Assembly: GCA_042218325.1 (NCBI GenBank)
Contig: JBDGRE010000010.1
Span: 10,524 to 74,523 of the forward strand
Length of the DNA stretch: 64,000 nucleotides
Reading direction: 5' to 3'
DNA from: Candidatus Nanohaloarchaea archaeon
GTDB taxonomy: Archaea; Nanohalarchaeota; Nanosalinia; Nanosalinales; Nanosalinaceae
This document shows, piece after piece, positions 29,180 to 39,552 of the stretch. The notes under the pieces are model-generated. The model ran no database searches. It had not been told where the DNA came from and saw nothing but the letters and a program-made list of their open reading frames with translations. A program made the translations under genes and the position numbers. Each line of letters starts with the position of its first letter. The stretch's first letter is position 1.

Positions 29180-29673
29180 AGGTACTCGCTCCAGTCGATA
29201 TCGCCGTAACCTGCTTCTTCTTTTTCTATCCTTCTCTCTATCTCGCCTGCGACATCCTTAGGTTCCCTGCCGGTCGTGTCGACCTCAATGATATCCTCCT
29301 GTTTCTGGACTGCCTCCTGGAGACCCACGTCAAGGGCCTCTGATTCGACGTTCTCGTCGATTTTCTCTTCGCTGTATTCCCGCTGTTCCAGCCGCTCGCG
29401 CAGGACGTCCGGCCGCGTTCTGAGAACGATGCAGTAGTCCGCCGGGAAGTGGTGCGCGAGATGGCCTTCGATGACAGTATCTCCGGTTCCGGGTTCCTGC
29501 TCCAGGGCATTGACCATCTCGGGGACATCGACCTCGAACTCCTCGCCGGGCGTGCCGAGGTCTTTTTCTTTCACGTACTCGGTCAGGTCTACGACCTCGA
29601 AACCTCTCTCCTTCAGCTCCCTGGCGACGGAGGTCTTGCCGGTTCCGGGCGTGCCTGTAAGGGCTATTTTCAC
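29176..29673 (-). CDS. Adenylate kinase, AK6/Fap7 family
   Basis: TGTPGTGKT, EGHLAH, RLEQREYSEEKIDENVESE. Confidence 0.9.
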   Translation of the reverse strand: MKIALTGTPGTGKTSVARELKERGFEVVDLTEYVKEKDLGTPGEEFEVDVPEMVNALEQEPGTGDTVIEGHLAHHFPADYCIVLRTRPDVLRERLEQREYSEEKIDENVESEALDVGLQEAVQKQEDIIEVDTTGREPKDVAGEIERRIEKEEAGYGDIDWSEYL

Positions 29674-29737
29674 ACCGAGAAAGTTTTCTGAAAGCATAAA
29701 AGCTTGATTTCCGCCTTAAGCTATAGGTAGGGTAGAT

Positions 29738-30694
29738 ATGCCAGAAGACGAGATAGCGGTGTGGACGGAGAAGTACAGGCCGGATTCTCTTGAAGAGCTG
29801 ATAAACCACGATGAGATATGTTCCCGGCTGGAGGCGTTCGTCGAGGAGAACGAGGTGCCGCACATGCTCTTCGCGGGGCCCGCGGGCACAGGCAAGACCA
29901 CCAGCGCTATAGCGCTGGCGAAGGATCTCTACGGCGACGACTGGAAGCAGAACTTCATGGAGACCAACGCCTCGGATGAAAGAGGCATCGACGTCGTGAG
30001 AGACCAGATAAAGAACTTCGCCCGCACAAAATCTGTAAACGCTGACTACAAGATAATGTTCCTCGACGAAGCAGATGCGCTGACTGCCGACGCCCAGCAG
30101 GCCCTGAGGCGTACGATGGAGCAGTTCTCCGAAAATACGCGGTTCATCATGTCATGCAACTACTCGTCGAAGATAATCGACCCTATCCAGTCCCGCACCG
30201 CCGTTTTCAGGTTCAACCGGCTTGACGACGAGGATGTGAAGGAGTACATCAAGCGGGTCGCATCAGGCGAGGAGTTCAAGATAACTGAAGGTGCGGTTGA
30301 CGCGGTTATAAGGGTCGCCGGCGGCGATTTAAGGCGGGTGACTAACATACTCCAGACCGCGGCCATCCAGCGCGACAAAATCGAAGAAGAGGATATCTAC
30401 GACTCCGCCGCTTCTCTCCGCCCTGACGAGATAAACGAGGTGCTGGAGCTGGCGCTCGCGGGCGATTTCATGGACTCCCGGGACATGCTCTCTGAACTCA
30501 TGATAGAGCGCGGGCTCGGCGGTCGCGACGTCATAAACTCAATCCACCGCGAGGTGTTCGACCTCGATATCTCCGAGGACCAGAAGCTGGAGGTCATCGA
30601 AAACCTGGGAGAGTTCGAGTTCCGTATCGCGGAGGGCGGCTCTGCCGACATCCAGATAGAGGCGCTGCTGGCGAAGATCGCCGACCTGAAGTGA
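29738..30694 (+). CDS. rfcS: Replication factor C small subunit
   Basis: WTEKYRP, GPAGTGKT, NASDERGIDVVR, DEAD, AQQALRRTME, IQSR. No intein. Confidence 0.97.
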   Translation: MPEDEIAVWTEKYRPDSLEELINHDEICSRLEAFVEENEVPHMLFAGPAGTGKTTSAIALAKDLYGDDWKQNFMETNASDERGIDVVRDQIKNFARTKSVNADYKIMFLDEADALTADAQQALRRTMEQFSENTRFIMSCNYSSKIIDPIQSRTAVFRFNRLDDEDVKEYIKRVASGEEFKITEGAVDAVIRVAGGDLRRVTNILQTAAIQRDKIEEEDIYDSAASLRPDEINEVLELALAGDFMDSRDMLSELMIERGLGGRDVINSIHREVFDLDISEDQKLEVIENLGEFEFRIAEGGSADIQIEALLAKIADLK

Positions 30695-30719
30695 TGGAAC
30701 CGACAGGTGCGTCTGCGAG

Positions 30720-31907
30720 ATGATGTGGGCCCAGAAGTACCGGCCGGAGAATCTTGAAGAGTACCGTGGCGCGTCTAGCCAGAGGAAGGAGCTGAAGGAA
30801 TGGGCCGAGAACTGGGAGCAGGGCGATTCGCCAGTACTTTTGCACGGCCAGGCGGGGACCGGCAAGACCTCGCTGGTGGAGGCGCTTGCGAACGACCTAG
30901 GCTACGAGCTGGTGGAGACGAATGCGAGCGATGTCCGCACCAAGTCGAAACTTAAAACAGAGCTGAAGGAGGCCAGCCGCCAGGCGTCGTTCTTAGGCAG
31001 CCAGAAACTGATACTGATAGACGAGGTCGACGGCATGGGCCGTTCGGACCGCGGCGGGACGCAGGAACTGAATGAGATAGTCGACGAATCCCGGTTCCCC
31101 GTGGTGATGACCGCGAACGATGCGTATGACTCGAAGATACGGGCGCTGCGGAACAAGTCGAAGATGATAGAGATCGGCTCGGTCCACACCAACTCCATCA
31201 ACGCGCACCTGAAGCAGATACTGGAAGAGGAAGGTATCGAGTACGAGGAAAAGGCCGTGAAGCGTATCGCGCGTCAGGCCGGCGGCCAGATGAGGTCCGC
31301 CATCAACGACCTTGAGTCGGTCGCGCGCGGCAGGGACGAGCTTACAGTGGATGACCTCGGCTCTCTCGGCTACCGTGACTCGGAGAAGGATGTCTTCGAG
31401 GCGCTGAAGATGGTTTTCAAGACGGAGACCGCAGAGACCGCGAACCAGGCGACTGACAACCTTGACGAGGACGCGGAGACGTTCATGCAGTGGCTGCGGG
31501 AGAACGTTCCGAGGGAGTACAAGAAGAGCGGCGATGTCTCCGGGGCTTACGACTGGCTGTCGAAGGCGGATATCTTCAATGGCCGTATCCGGAGGACGCA
31601 GAACTGGAAGCTGCTGAAATACGTCTATCTTCTATCGACCGTTGGCGTGGCGCTGTCGAAGCAGGAGAAGTACTCGGGGTGGACCAAGTACCAGTACCCT
31701 TCGAAGATACAGAGGATGGGCTCGTCGCGGGCGGCCCGGAACAGGCTGGAGTCGATAGGGAAGAAGGTCGGCGAAAAGCTACATGTTTCAGTGCAGGAGT
31801 CGAAGCAGATGATGCCGTTCCTGGCGGTCATGCTGGATAAGCATCCCGCGCTGCAGAGACATCTACGGCTTTCTGATGACGAGGTCGAGTTCATAGAAGA
31901 GTTCTAG
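30720..31907 (+). CDS. rfcL: Replication factor C large subunit
   Basis: WAQKYRP, GTGKT, NASD, DEVDG, RSAINDL. Confidence 0.95.
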   Translation: MMWAQKYRPENLEEYRGASSQRKELKEWAENWEQGDSPVLLHGQAGTGKTSLVEALANDLGYELVETNASDVRTKSKLKTELKEASRQASFLGSQKLILIDEVDGMGRSDRGGTQELNEIVDESRFPVVMTANDAYDSKIRALRNKSKMIEIGSVHTNSINAHLKQILEEEGIEYEEKAVKRIARQAGGQMRSAINDLESVARGRDELTVDDLGSLGYRDSEKDVFEALKMVFKTETAETANQATDNLDEDAETFMQWLRENVPREYKKSGDVSGAYDWLSKADIFNGRIRRTQNWKLLKYVYLLSTVGVALSKQEKYSGWTKYQYPSKIQRMGSSRAARNRLESIGKKVGEKLHVSVQESKQMMPFLAVMLDKHPALQRHLRLSDDEVEFIEEF

Positions 31908-32242
31908 CTGACGCATTCCAGCTGGTACCGGTCGCCCGGCTGCACGAGCGTGACGTTGAAACAGTCGTAGTCGCCGTCGCTGTTCCGGTCCCAGGCCCGG
32001 GTTTCGGAACTGTAACCTGCCAAACGGCTGACCATCTGCCCGAATTTCTCCCTCTCCTTCTCTGAACTCATATCTATCTTATCAGCCTCTAACTTTATCC
32101 TGTTGACATCGTATATCGCGGAGTCGTGGTGGAACTGCTGGGACTGTACCTCGGCTATGGTCGAAGAGGTCGTTATCAGCATCAGGCCGATTACGATAGC
32201 GGATATCAGCAGGAACTGTCCTTTCCTCCTCACTGCTCCCAC
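31904..32242 (-). CDS. Pilin-like protein, class III signal peptide
   Basis: RRKG|QFLLISAIVIGL; C-terminal Cys pair. Confidence 0.75.
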   Translation of the reverse strand: MGAVRRKGQFLLISAIVIGLMLITTSSTIAEVQSQQFHHDSAIYDVNRIKLEADKIDMSSEKEREKFGQMVSRLAGYSSETRAWDRNSDGDYDCFNVTLVQPGDRYQLECVS

Positions 32243-33954
32243 CTCATGTCTATCCTGTAGGGCATGTAGACCTGGTTCTTTATCCCTCCTACAGAGGTCG
32301 TGGATATCCTGCCGTTGACCTGCCCGAAGCTGTTCTGCTCGCCGTTAAGCCAGTAAAGAACAGAGGTCAGCAGTTTCCTGTCCTCCTCGCTGTAGCTTGT
32401 CTCGTAGCCTGCCCTAGCGAAACGCTCGATGTTGGTGTCTTCGAACTCTGTCCGGGAGTTGACTATCTCTATCCTGTCGCTGCCTGCGTAGACGAACTCC
32501 GCACATTCTCCGGGAGAACAGCTGCCGGAGGCCGGGTATATCTTCGCGGTGTACTTCCGGTCCTCGACCGTGAGCGTGTCGCCGTTCGCGTAGGTCTTCT
32601 CATCCTGCTCTATGCGGCCGTTGCCGCTCGTGTCAAGGCTCAGGGCCCATACTTCTTCCGCGTCGCTGCAGTCCCCGAGTTCGGAGCTCCATCCGTCGTA
32701 GGTGCTGCCCGGGAACGGGAAGCTACCCTGCCTGTAGTTCCCGCAGCCGCTCTCCGGTACGCCGGGCGGCGGGGCGCTGTCTGTCGTCATCGACATGTCT
32801 GTTGCGTTCCAGTTATCAGTTCTTAGTCTCGCGCTCCGGGCGTAGGCCAGTCCCTGTCCCGATGTTATGTTGCCGCCGGGAAGCATGTCGACGGCGTTTT
32901 TAGAGCCGGACTGCCCCAGGAACAGGTTCTCTGCTCTCCGGGATCTCGGTGTCTCGGAGAAACTTGCACCGAAGGGCCTGAGCGTCCAGCCGGGGTCCTT
33001 CCATCTCAATCCTGTTCTCGCCATGAAGCCGCTGGAGAGGTCGCTTTCTTCCAGGTCGACGAGGAACAGCGCGGAGCCGTCGTCGAGGTATTCCATGACC
33101 CTCTGCTCCCTGTCGCTGTCCGCGTTTATCAGGTCGAGTGAGGCCTCCCTCCGGAAGACGAGTGTGTCGTAGTCCGAGAGATCGGTCGTCGAGAAGTTGA
33201 AGGTGTCTACACCTGTGTCGGTCCTGATGCCGTTGATGTTCTTTCTGATGGTCGTCCTGAAACGTGCGGGTTGTTCGGCCTCGTATACAAGAAGTTTTTC
33301 GCCGTCCTTCGAGATATCTTTGAGGTCGTAGTGAAGGTCGGTTTCCGCGTCCGACCTGTTACCCCACCAGTAGAACCTGTCCTCCAGTATCGGTCCTTCT
33401 GCGGCGGAGAACTGGCATCTTGTCCCGTTGTCCACCCATACTGCGTCGTAGTCTTCCTCGCCGTTGAAGCCGCCGGGAACGCTGGGGTCGATATCGGCCA
33501 CGTAGAGGTGTACCCCGTGTCTCTCGCTCACAGTCCTCATCACGTCGTTCTCGGAGTTTATCTCCTCGAGGTCGTTGCTTGTGGCGCAGCGGTCGCCGAG
33601 AGATGTGGCGGTCCTGGCCCTGATATCGTGTATGCCGGTCTGCAGTACGTGGAACCCTACCACTTTCTCACCTATCGGGAGGTTCTGTACGCTGCCGGAG
33701 GCTTCCAGCCGTCCCTGTGCAAGCGTCGAGGCCGCGGTCCTCAGCGACCCGGTCTCTCCTCTTTGCAGGAAGGCGTCCATGTTACCTGTTTTCTGCAGCA
33801 CGTATGTGATGTCCTTGGCGGCTACCTCGCCCTGGAAACGGCTCCAGTCGTGTGAAGGCGGGGACTGCAGGCTTCCTATCGCGAAAACGAAGAGCGTGAG
33901 TATGGCGACGAAGGCCTCTACGCTGTAGCCTATCCCTTTACTGCGGTCTACCAT
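32230..33954 (-). CDS. Large pilin-like protein / putative adhesin
   Basis: RSKG|IGYSVEAFVAIL; Cys pairs; EF-hand-like DTSGNGRIEQDE. Confidence 0.75.
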   Translation of the reverse strand: MVDRSKGIGYSVEAFVAILTLFVFAIGSLQSPPSHDWSRFQGEVAAKDITYVLQKTGNMDAFLQRGETGSLRTAASTLAQGRLEASGSVQNLPIGEKVVGFHVLQTGIHDIRARTATSLGDRCATSNDLEEINSENDVMRTVSERHGVHLYVADIDPSVPGGFNGEEDYDAVWVDNGTRCQFSAAEGPILEDRFYWWGNRSDAETDLHYDLKDISKDGEKLLVYEAEQPARFRTTIRKNINGIRTDTGVDTFNFSTTDLSDYDTLVFRREASLDLINADSDREQRVMEYLDDGSALFLVDLEESDLSSGFMARTGLRWKDPGWTLRPFGASFSETPRSRRAENLFLGQSGSKNAVDMLPGGNITSGQGLAYARSARLRTDNWNATDMSMTTDSAPPPGVPESGCGNYRQGSFPFPGSTYDGWSSELGDCSDAEEVWALSLDTSGNGRIEQDEKTYANGDTLTVEDRKYTAKIYPASGSCSPGECAEFVYAGSDRIEIVNSRTEFEDTNIERFARAGYETSYSEEDRKLLTSVLYWLNGEQNSFGQVNGRISTTSVGGIKNQVYMPYRIDMRWEQ

Positions 33955-34793
33955 GCCAGTACTTTCACCCTCAGGGGTTCGTCTTCCATCACCGCGTACC
34001 GTTGCATGCTTATGACCCGCGAGTCAGAGTCGACGCTTGCACCGAAGGTTTTGAGCTGCTGCGATACGATTACGAGAGCTCCTGGGTCGTTCTCCCTGTT
34101 CTGGAACCTCTGTATCTTGAACTCGTCGCCTTTCCTGCCGAAGACGTCTCCGGTCCCGAGAGGAGGGTAGCCGCGGAAGTTCCAGTTTCTCGAGACGTAG
34201 GTCGTGTTGTAGACGCCATCGTGGGAAGTCGTGAGGAAGTGATAATCGGTCCCGTTCAGCGTCTCGCTGCCATAGTGGACCGTGTTACCGGCGGAGCTGT
34301 AGTAACCCGTTACAGGTTCGGTTATAGACGGTGTCTGGCTGCTTCCCTGCCCTCGCGTGAAGCTTTCCGGTGTCTCTATCAGCGGCATCCACGTGAACGT
34401 GAACTGGTACTGGTTGTCGGCACCTGAGATTTCCTTGAACTGGGAGTAGTTGAGGTAGTTGAAGCCGCTGCCACGCGGATCCGCTGTACGGAGACGCATG
34501 AGCTTGTCTCTTTCCACCTGCTTGAAGCTGGATGCCAGCCCGACCGCGGACGCGTGTTCCACGGTCGTGTTATTCTTCTCCCAGTTCGTGCTTCCGCTGT
34601 AAGACTGCCATCCGGGGTTGGAGAGTATCTGTGTCGATATCTGTCTTGCCTCAAGGTTGAGAGAGGCCTCCTGTGCATCGGAAGTGAACTCCGGTAGTAT
34701 GCCCTGTCCCGCAGTCACGAGTGCACCGAGAGCACCTATGTATATCAGTGCGGCTGCGAGGAACTCTATGTTTATCTGCGCTTTCCTGTTCAT
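33948..34793 (-). CDS. Pilin-like protein, class III signal peptide
   Basis: NRKA|QINIEFLAAALI (Q+1, E+5). Confidence 0.8.
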   Translation of the reverse strand: MNRKAQINIEFLAAALIYIGALGALVTAGQGILPEFTSDAQEASLNLEARQISTQILSNPGWQSYSGSTNWEKNNTTVEHASAVGLASSFKQVERDKLMRLRTADPRGSGFNYLNYSQFKEISGADNQYQFTFTWMPLIETPESFTRGQGSSQTPSITEPVTGYYSSAGNTVHYGSETLNGTDYHFLTTSHDGVYNTTYVSRNWNFRGYPPLGTGDVFGRKGDEFKIQRFQNRENDPGALVIVSQQLKTFGASVDSDSRVISMQRYAVMEDEPLRVKVLAW

Positions 34794-34794
34794 C

Positions 34795-35817
34795 CTATAC
34801 ACCCGCCAGCCCTACCGCGTACATGAAAGCGGTGAAAGCTATCGGTAGCAGTATCAGGGCGTGCTTGACCCCTGCGCTCGGTGAGCCCTCGGATATCTGG
34901 CCGGCAACTGCGCCGGTGGCGGCTCCCTGTACCATGAGCATTGCGAACAGCAGCGACTTGTAGTAGGCCATGTTGCCGTAGCTGAACCGGGTCGCGTACT
35001 CCGAGGTGAACGAGGTGACGTTCCCGGGCACGAAACCGAACAGCTTGGCTGTCTCGCAGAGAGGAGTCGCCACAGCGATATCGCCGCTGCAGTAGTTGAT
35101 GCTGCGACCGCCGCTACCCATGAACTCGAGGCCCTGCAGTGCTCCCCCTTCCGGGCTCCCGAGGCCGAGAAGCTGGGCAAGCATCGTGTATATACCGATA
35201 GTTATGCCGATGAAGAGGAAGTATATCACATACATGATGAAGACCTGCTGCTTGATCTTGGAGTCCTTCTTCTGCAGTGTCTCCTTGAGCTGGGCCGCGT
35301 CCTCGGCGATGGCCTCTATGGTCTTGGTTATGTCTCCGCCGCTCCGGAAGCTCTGCAACAGGATGGACACGGATTCCTGGATGACGGAGGAATCCTTCAT
35401 CCGGCGGGAGAACCTTTCCATGACCTTCGGGAACGGTATCCCCCAGGTGAGCTCGTTGTGGATCCTCTCGATCTCGTTGTTGAGCCTGCCGTACTCGGTG
35501 TCTTTCGCGGACTCGAACGCCTGCAGTATCGTCATGCCGCCCCGTTTCGACTCTGCGAGATCCTTCAGGAAAGACGGGAACTGGTCCTCCATCTCTCTTA
35601 TAGCCCGGTTCTTAAGGAATGAGATTATACCGTACGGGAGCACACCGACTATCAGGCCGAGAAGCAGCAGGGCGCCCCCGAGCTGCCTCGATACGGATAT
35701 GTAAGATAATATGCCTGTCAGTATCAGCAGGGCTCCTACCGCTACCGAGCCTATAACGGCCTTGTCTTCGGTGGAGTATCCCTGCTGGTACTCCTCCTCC
35801 CTGAAGAAGTCGATCAC
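34795..35817 (-). CDS. Type IV pilus membrane platform protein (T2SS F / TadC-like)
   Basis: EDQFPSFLKDLAESKRGG, YGRL, WGIPF, RSGGD. Confidence 0.9.
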   Translation of the reverse strand: MIDFFREEEYQQGYSTEDKAVIGSVAVGALLILTGILSYISVSRQLGGALLLLGLIVGVLPYGIISFLKNRAIREMEDQFPSFLKDLAESKRGGMTILQAFESAKDTEYGRLNNEIERIHNELTWGIPFPKVMERFSRRMKDSSVIQESVSILLQSFRSGGDITKTIEAIAEDAAQLKETLQKKDSKIKQQVFIMYVIYFLFIGITIGIYTMLAQLLGLGSPEGGALQGLEFMGSGGRSINYCSGDIAVATPLCETAKLFGFVPGNVTSFTSEYATRFSYGNMAYYKSLLFAMLMVQGAATGAVAGQISEGSPSAGVKHALILLPIAFTAFMYAVGLAGV

Positions 35818-35884
35818 GGGATACCACCTTCCCGTTCATGGTGGGCAGCGGGCAGGTGTCTGGCACGGGAAATATTTCGAGGCA

Positions 35885-36772
35885 TTACCGGACACCTCCA
35901 GGTGCGAGGCCCCGGACAAGCAGGATGAACATGCCGGAGATTAGCGGCAGGACTATGAATATCGCAAGTATCTGTACCGTGACGATCAGGCTGCCGGAGT
36001 AAGACGTGAACGAGCTCATCACCGCGCTCATGGAAGTGAATATTATGGAGCCGACGATGACCACTGTGATGTACATCTCAACGAGCAGCGAGAGCTGGTC
36101 CGCGAACTCCTCGACGCGCCGCTGATAGTCGTTCATAAGCGTTCTGGCGCGCTCCTGCAGAAAATCTCTCAGTGAACCGCCTGACGTTATGACGTGGTTC
36201 ATCCCCCACATCAGTTCCTGGAAGTCTTTGCTGGGGGTCCTGTCAGCCGCGTTTTTCAGGGCCTCGCTCAGGTCCATGCCGAACGTCTCTATATCCCTTG
36301 AGATCTTTTCCGCCTCTTCCGATACCTCTCCGTATTCCTCCTGTTCTGCGAGTACGGCGAAAAGCTCGGGGATGGACGTTCCTGTTCCTGCAAGCGTCGA
36401 CATGTACATGGTCGCGAACGGCAGCTTGTCACGTATCTTGGAGGCCCGGTCCCTTATCAGTAGAAAAGGGTACAGGTAGAAGCCGAGCATCGTCGAGGCG
36501 CCGGTGACCAGCGACGCTGTTATGCCGAGAAGTATGCCTGTAAGGCCCGAGCCCATAACGAAGATAGAGCCGAGAACAAACAGGCTGAACACCGATGCAA
36601 GCAGGGCGGAGAAAACGAGCATGGCGACGTATTCCGGTAGTGACACCTCTATATTGGCCTTGGAAAGCTGCGGCCGGAGATCCTCGAAGTACTCGATGTA
36701 GTCGAGGACGTAGCTGCCTATCTGGTTGTAGCAGAACTCGGAATACTTCTCAAGCATTCTCTTGTAGTTCAA
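35885..36772 (-). CDS. Type IV pilus membrane platform protein (T2SS F / TadC-like)
   Basis: LPFATMYMSTLA, YGEVS, RTPS, SGGSL. Confidence 0.9.
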   Translation of the reverse strand: MNYKRMLEKYSEFCYNQIGSYVLDYIEYFEDLRPQLSKANIEVSLPEYVAMLVFSALLASVFSLFVLGSIFVMGSGLTGILLGITASLVTGASTMLGFYLYPFLLIRDRASKIRDKLPFATMYMSTLAGTGTSIPELFAVLAEQEEYGEVSEEAEKISRDIETFGMDLSEALKNAADRTPSKDFQELMWGMNHVITSGGSLRDFLQERARTLMNDYQRRVEEFADQLSLLVEMYITVVIVGSIIFTSMSAVMSSFTSYSGSLIVTVQILAIFIVLPLISGMFILLVRGLAPGGVR

Positions 36773-38462
36773 TCTGGTCCTGTTCCGAGTTAAAGCTTTG
36801 CCCCGCCTCTTCCAGGATCGCCTCGGGGTCCGAGTAGTACCGCGAGATTATGTCGCCGACCTTCCGGTAATGCTTGTGCTGCTCGTCCTGCATCCATTTC
36901 AGTACGTGCTGCCGGTTCACGAGTTCGCGCTGTATCTCCTCCTCGTCCATACCGGTCTCTTCCACTATCTGCTTCAGCAGCATGGAGTTGTTCTCCACGT
37001 AGTAGCTGTCGTCGCTCGCGTCCCATCCGAACACCTTGTTCGCATCGATCCCCTTCCGCTTGTCGTATCCCTCGACCTCGAAGATTCCCTTCACCCTCCT
37101 GACGTACGTGTCTCCCCGTCTTATCCTTGAGATAAGCATTATGGCGTCGAGGGTCTCTATTAGTGAGGGAGAGAGGTTGATAGGCTGGGTGGTAAGCCGG
37201 TCCATAAGCATGTCGAGCGAGTCGGCGTGGATGGTCGAGAGGCCTGTGTGGCCCGTGGCCATCTGCTGGAACAGGATGTAGGCCTCCTCGCCACGGACCT
37301 CGCCGACTATGATGTACTCCGGCCGCTGGCGCAGCGACTCCTTAAGCAGGTCGTCCATCGAAACTTCGCCTCCCTCCTCGGCAGATGAGCCGAAGCCTGA
37401 ACGGGCGACCTCTGGCACCCAGTGGTCGTGCGGCAGCCGCAGCTCCGGCGTGTCCTCGATGGACACTATCTTCTTTTCCGGCCTGATGAACAGGGATAGC
37501 GCGTTCAGCTGCGATGTCTTTCCTGCTCCCGTCGTACCGGCGACAAGTATGGATTTTCCGTGCTCCACGAGCGTCCAGAGGTAGCTCATCATCTGGGCGT
37601 TCTCGGTCTCGAAGTCGAGCATGTGTATGGGTGTCAGCGGGTCCTCGGTGAACCGCCTGATGGTGAAATTGGAACCCTTCCGGGCGATGTCGGTGGCGAG
37701 CGTGGCCTGTACGCGTGAGCCATCGGGCAGGGCACCGTCAAGCAATGGCTTTGAAACGCTTATCGAGCGGCCGCACCGCTGCGCCAGCTTCATAACGAAG
37801 CTATCCAGCTCTTCCTCTTCTTCCCACATCACGTTCGTCTTCACAGAGCCGAACCGGGGGTTCCGGTGGTATACGTATACCGGGATGTCGATGCCGTCGC
37901 AGGAGATGTCCTCGACCTCCTTGTCGTTCATCAGCGGCTGCAGCTTGCCGAGACCCGCGAAGTCCCGGTAGGTGTAGTAACGTATGGTATCCCGCTGCTT
38001 CTCGTTGAGAGAGATGTTGTACTTGTCGACTATCATATCTATCTTCTCGGTGAGGTAATCATCGGCCTCGTCGGCCTCAAGTTCCTGGAAGTTGATGTCG
38101 AAGCTTCTCTCCAGTATCTGCTTTATCTTCTCGAGTATCCTCTCTGTTTCCGGCGTCAGCTCCGGCTCTATAACCCTGTAGACCAGCTCGCCCTCTTCCT
38201 CGCTGTAGGTTATGTGGCCCCAGGCGTAGACTATCTCGCCGGGTTCGGGGTCCTTGGGTACCAGCGGGTAGGTCACGTCTATCTCGGTGAGTTTCTCCTC
38301 TTCCTCTTCCTCTTCCGATACCATCCCCGGCTCGAAGCTTCCAGGCGCAGGAAGCTCGACGCCTTCAGACACTGTTTCCTGCTCTTCCTCTTCTTCCTCG
38401 TAGTACTCCGGGTGCTTCGCTTTCCTAAGTTTTTCTACCAGTCCTGTAAAGTTCGGGCTCAT
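36750..38462 (-). CDS. Type IV pilus assembly ATPase (VirB11/ArlI/TadA-like)
   Basis: EDISCDG, LPDGSR, FTIRRF, GTTGAGKT, IEDTPE, RQRPEYIIVGEVRG, TGH, TIHA. Confidence 0.95.
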   Translation of the reverse strand: MSPNFTGLVEKLRKAKHPEYYEEEEEEQETVSEGVELPAPGSFEPGMVSEEEEEEEKLTEIDVTYPLVPKDPEPGEIVYAWGHITYSEEEGELVYRVIEPELTPETERILEKIKQILERSFDINFQELEADEADDYLTEKIDMIVDKYNISLNEKQRDTIRYYTYRDFAGLGKLQPLMNDKEVEDISCDGIDIPVYVYHRNPRFGSVKTNVMWEEEEELDSFVMKLAQRCGRSISVSKPLLDGALPDGSRVQATLATDIARKGSNFTIRRFTEDPLTPIHMLDFETENAQMMSYLWTLVEHGKSILVAGTTGAGKTSQLNALSLFIRPEKKIVSIEDTPELRLPHDHWVPEVARSGFGSSAEEGGEVSMDDLLKESLRQRPEYIIVGEVRGEEAYILFQQMATGHTGLSTIHADSLDMLMDRLTTQPINLSPSLIETLDAIMLISRIRRGDTYVRRVKGIFEVEGYDKRKGIDANKVFGWDASDDSYYVENNSMLLKQIVEETGMDEEEIQRELVNRQHVLKWMQDEQHKHYRKVGDIISRYYSDPEAILEEAGQSFNSEQDQIELQENA

Positions 38463-38870
38463 TCATCCACCTCTCAGGGTAAACGTTTTCTCGTCCTTGT
38501 ATATTTTTGCTGTCCCTCCTTCCACGGACCCCTGGAATTCGTAGTTCGGGAAGTTTTTCAGGCTGCTGCGGTAGTCTTTTCCGGTCTCGGTGGCTATCCT
38601 GACCTCGCTTCCCAGCACCAGCTCGTAAGACGTGCTGCCCACCTTTTCCGGTAGCTGGACGGTCACGGAACCGGAATCTGTCTCTTCGAGCGTCTGTATG
38701 GCCTGCATCACGCGTGACTCCACCACGTTGGCCTGCCGGTTTTCCGCCCTGTCCACGACCTGGTCCCGGTAGGAGTGGAACGCGGAGATGGTCCCTATAG
38801 CTATAAGTAGGCCCAGCCCGAAGCTCGCGACACTCTCGATAGCGAGGTACTGGCCCGGTCTCCTGTTCAC
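38463..38870 (-). CDS. Pilin-like protein
   Basis: RRPG|QYLAIESVASFGLGLLI. Confidence 0.75.
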   Translation of the reverse strand: MNRRPGQYLAIESVASFGLGLLIAIGTISAFHSYRDQVVDRAENRQANVVESRVMQAIQTLEETDSGSVTVQLPEKVGSTSYELVLGSEVRIATETGKDYRSSLKNFPNYEFQGSVEGGTAKIYKDEKTFTLRGG

Positions 38871-39511
38871 TGGATATCCACCGAAACCTGTCTTCTCGTC
38901 CTTTCCAGGTTTTCCCCGGTTCCGACTTCTACCCTGTCCGTTACCGCCCCCTCGTTCGAGATTAGCAGGGTGGTATCACCGGTCGCTGTCTTCCTGCCCA
39001 CGGAGGTCAGGTCTATCTTCCGCAGTCTCGCGCCAGATGGTGTGTCAGCATAAAGGTTCCTGAACTCTATCCTGTAGGTTATGGAAGAAGATCCGGGCCC
39101 CGAGGCTGCCCTGACCGCCACTACGCCGGGAAGGTCGCTGCCGAGCACACCGTAGCTCCCTGTCCCTATGGTAAGATTCTGTCTGTTTTTGCCTTTGATA
39201 AGCGTCCAGGTACCCGCTGGGTAGGGAGGAGCTTGGGCCTGTGTGTTGACCTCGATATAGTCCTTGCCGGGGAAGACCTCCAGGCGGCCGTCCATCTGGA
39301 GCTGGATCTCAGAAGTTGTGCCCTGACCACCGCGTGAGACTGAAACTATCTCGTCCCTCAGGTTCAGGATGTCGTTCTCAAGACTGTCAAGCTGTGCCTT
39401 GCTCTGCCGTTTCTCGAGAAGAGGTGTACCCCAGACATATGCGGTCGCCACGGTCCCGATTGTGACGGCCGTGATAAGAACAGCGGTCAATGCCTGGGTC
39501 TGCCCTTTCAT
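38867..39511 (-). CDS. Pilin-like protein
   Basis: MKG|QTQALTAVLITAV; ATG at 39511. Confidence 0.8.
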   Translation of the reverse strand: MKGQTQALTAVLITAVTIGTVATAYVWGTPLLEKRQSKAQLDSLENDILNLRDEIVSVSRGGQGTTSEIQLQMDGRLEVFPGKDYIEVNTQAQAPPYPAGTWTLIKGKNRQNLTIGTGSYGVLGSDLPGVVAVRAASGPGSSSITYRIEFRNLYADTPSGARLRKIDLTSVGRKTATGDTTLLISNEGAVTDRVEVGTGENLERTRRQVSVDIQ

Positions 39512-39552
39512 ACGAGAAAAAGGATTGCGGCGGAATATAAAACGAACGGGAG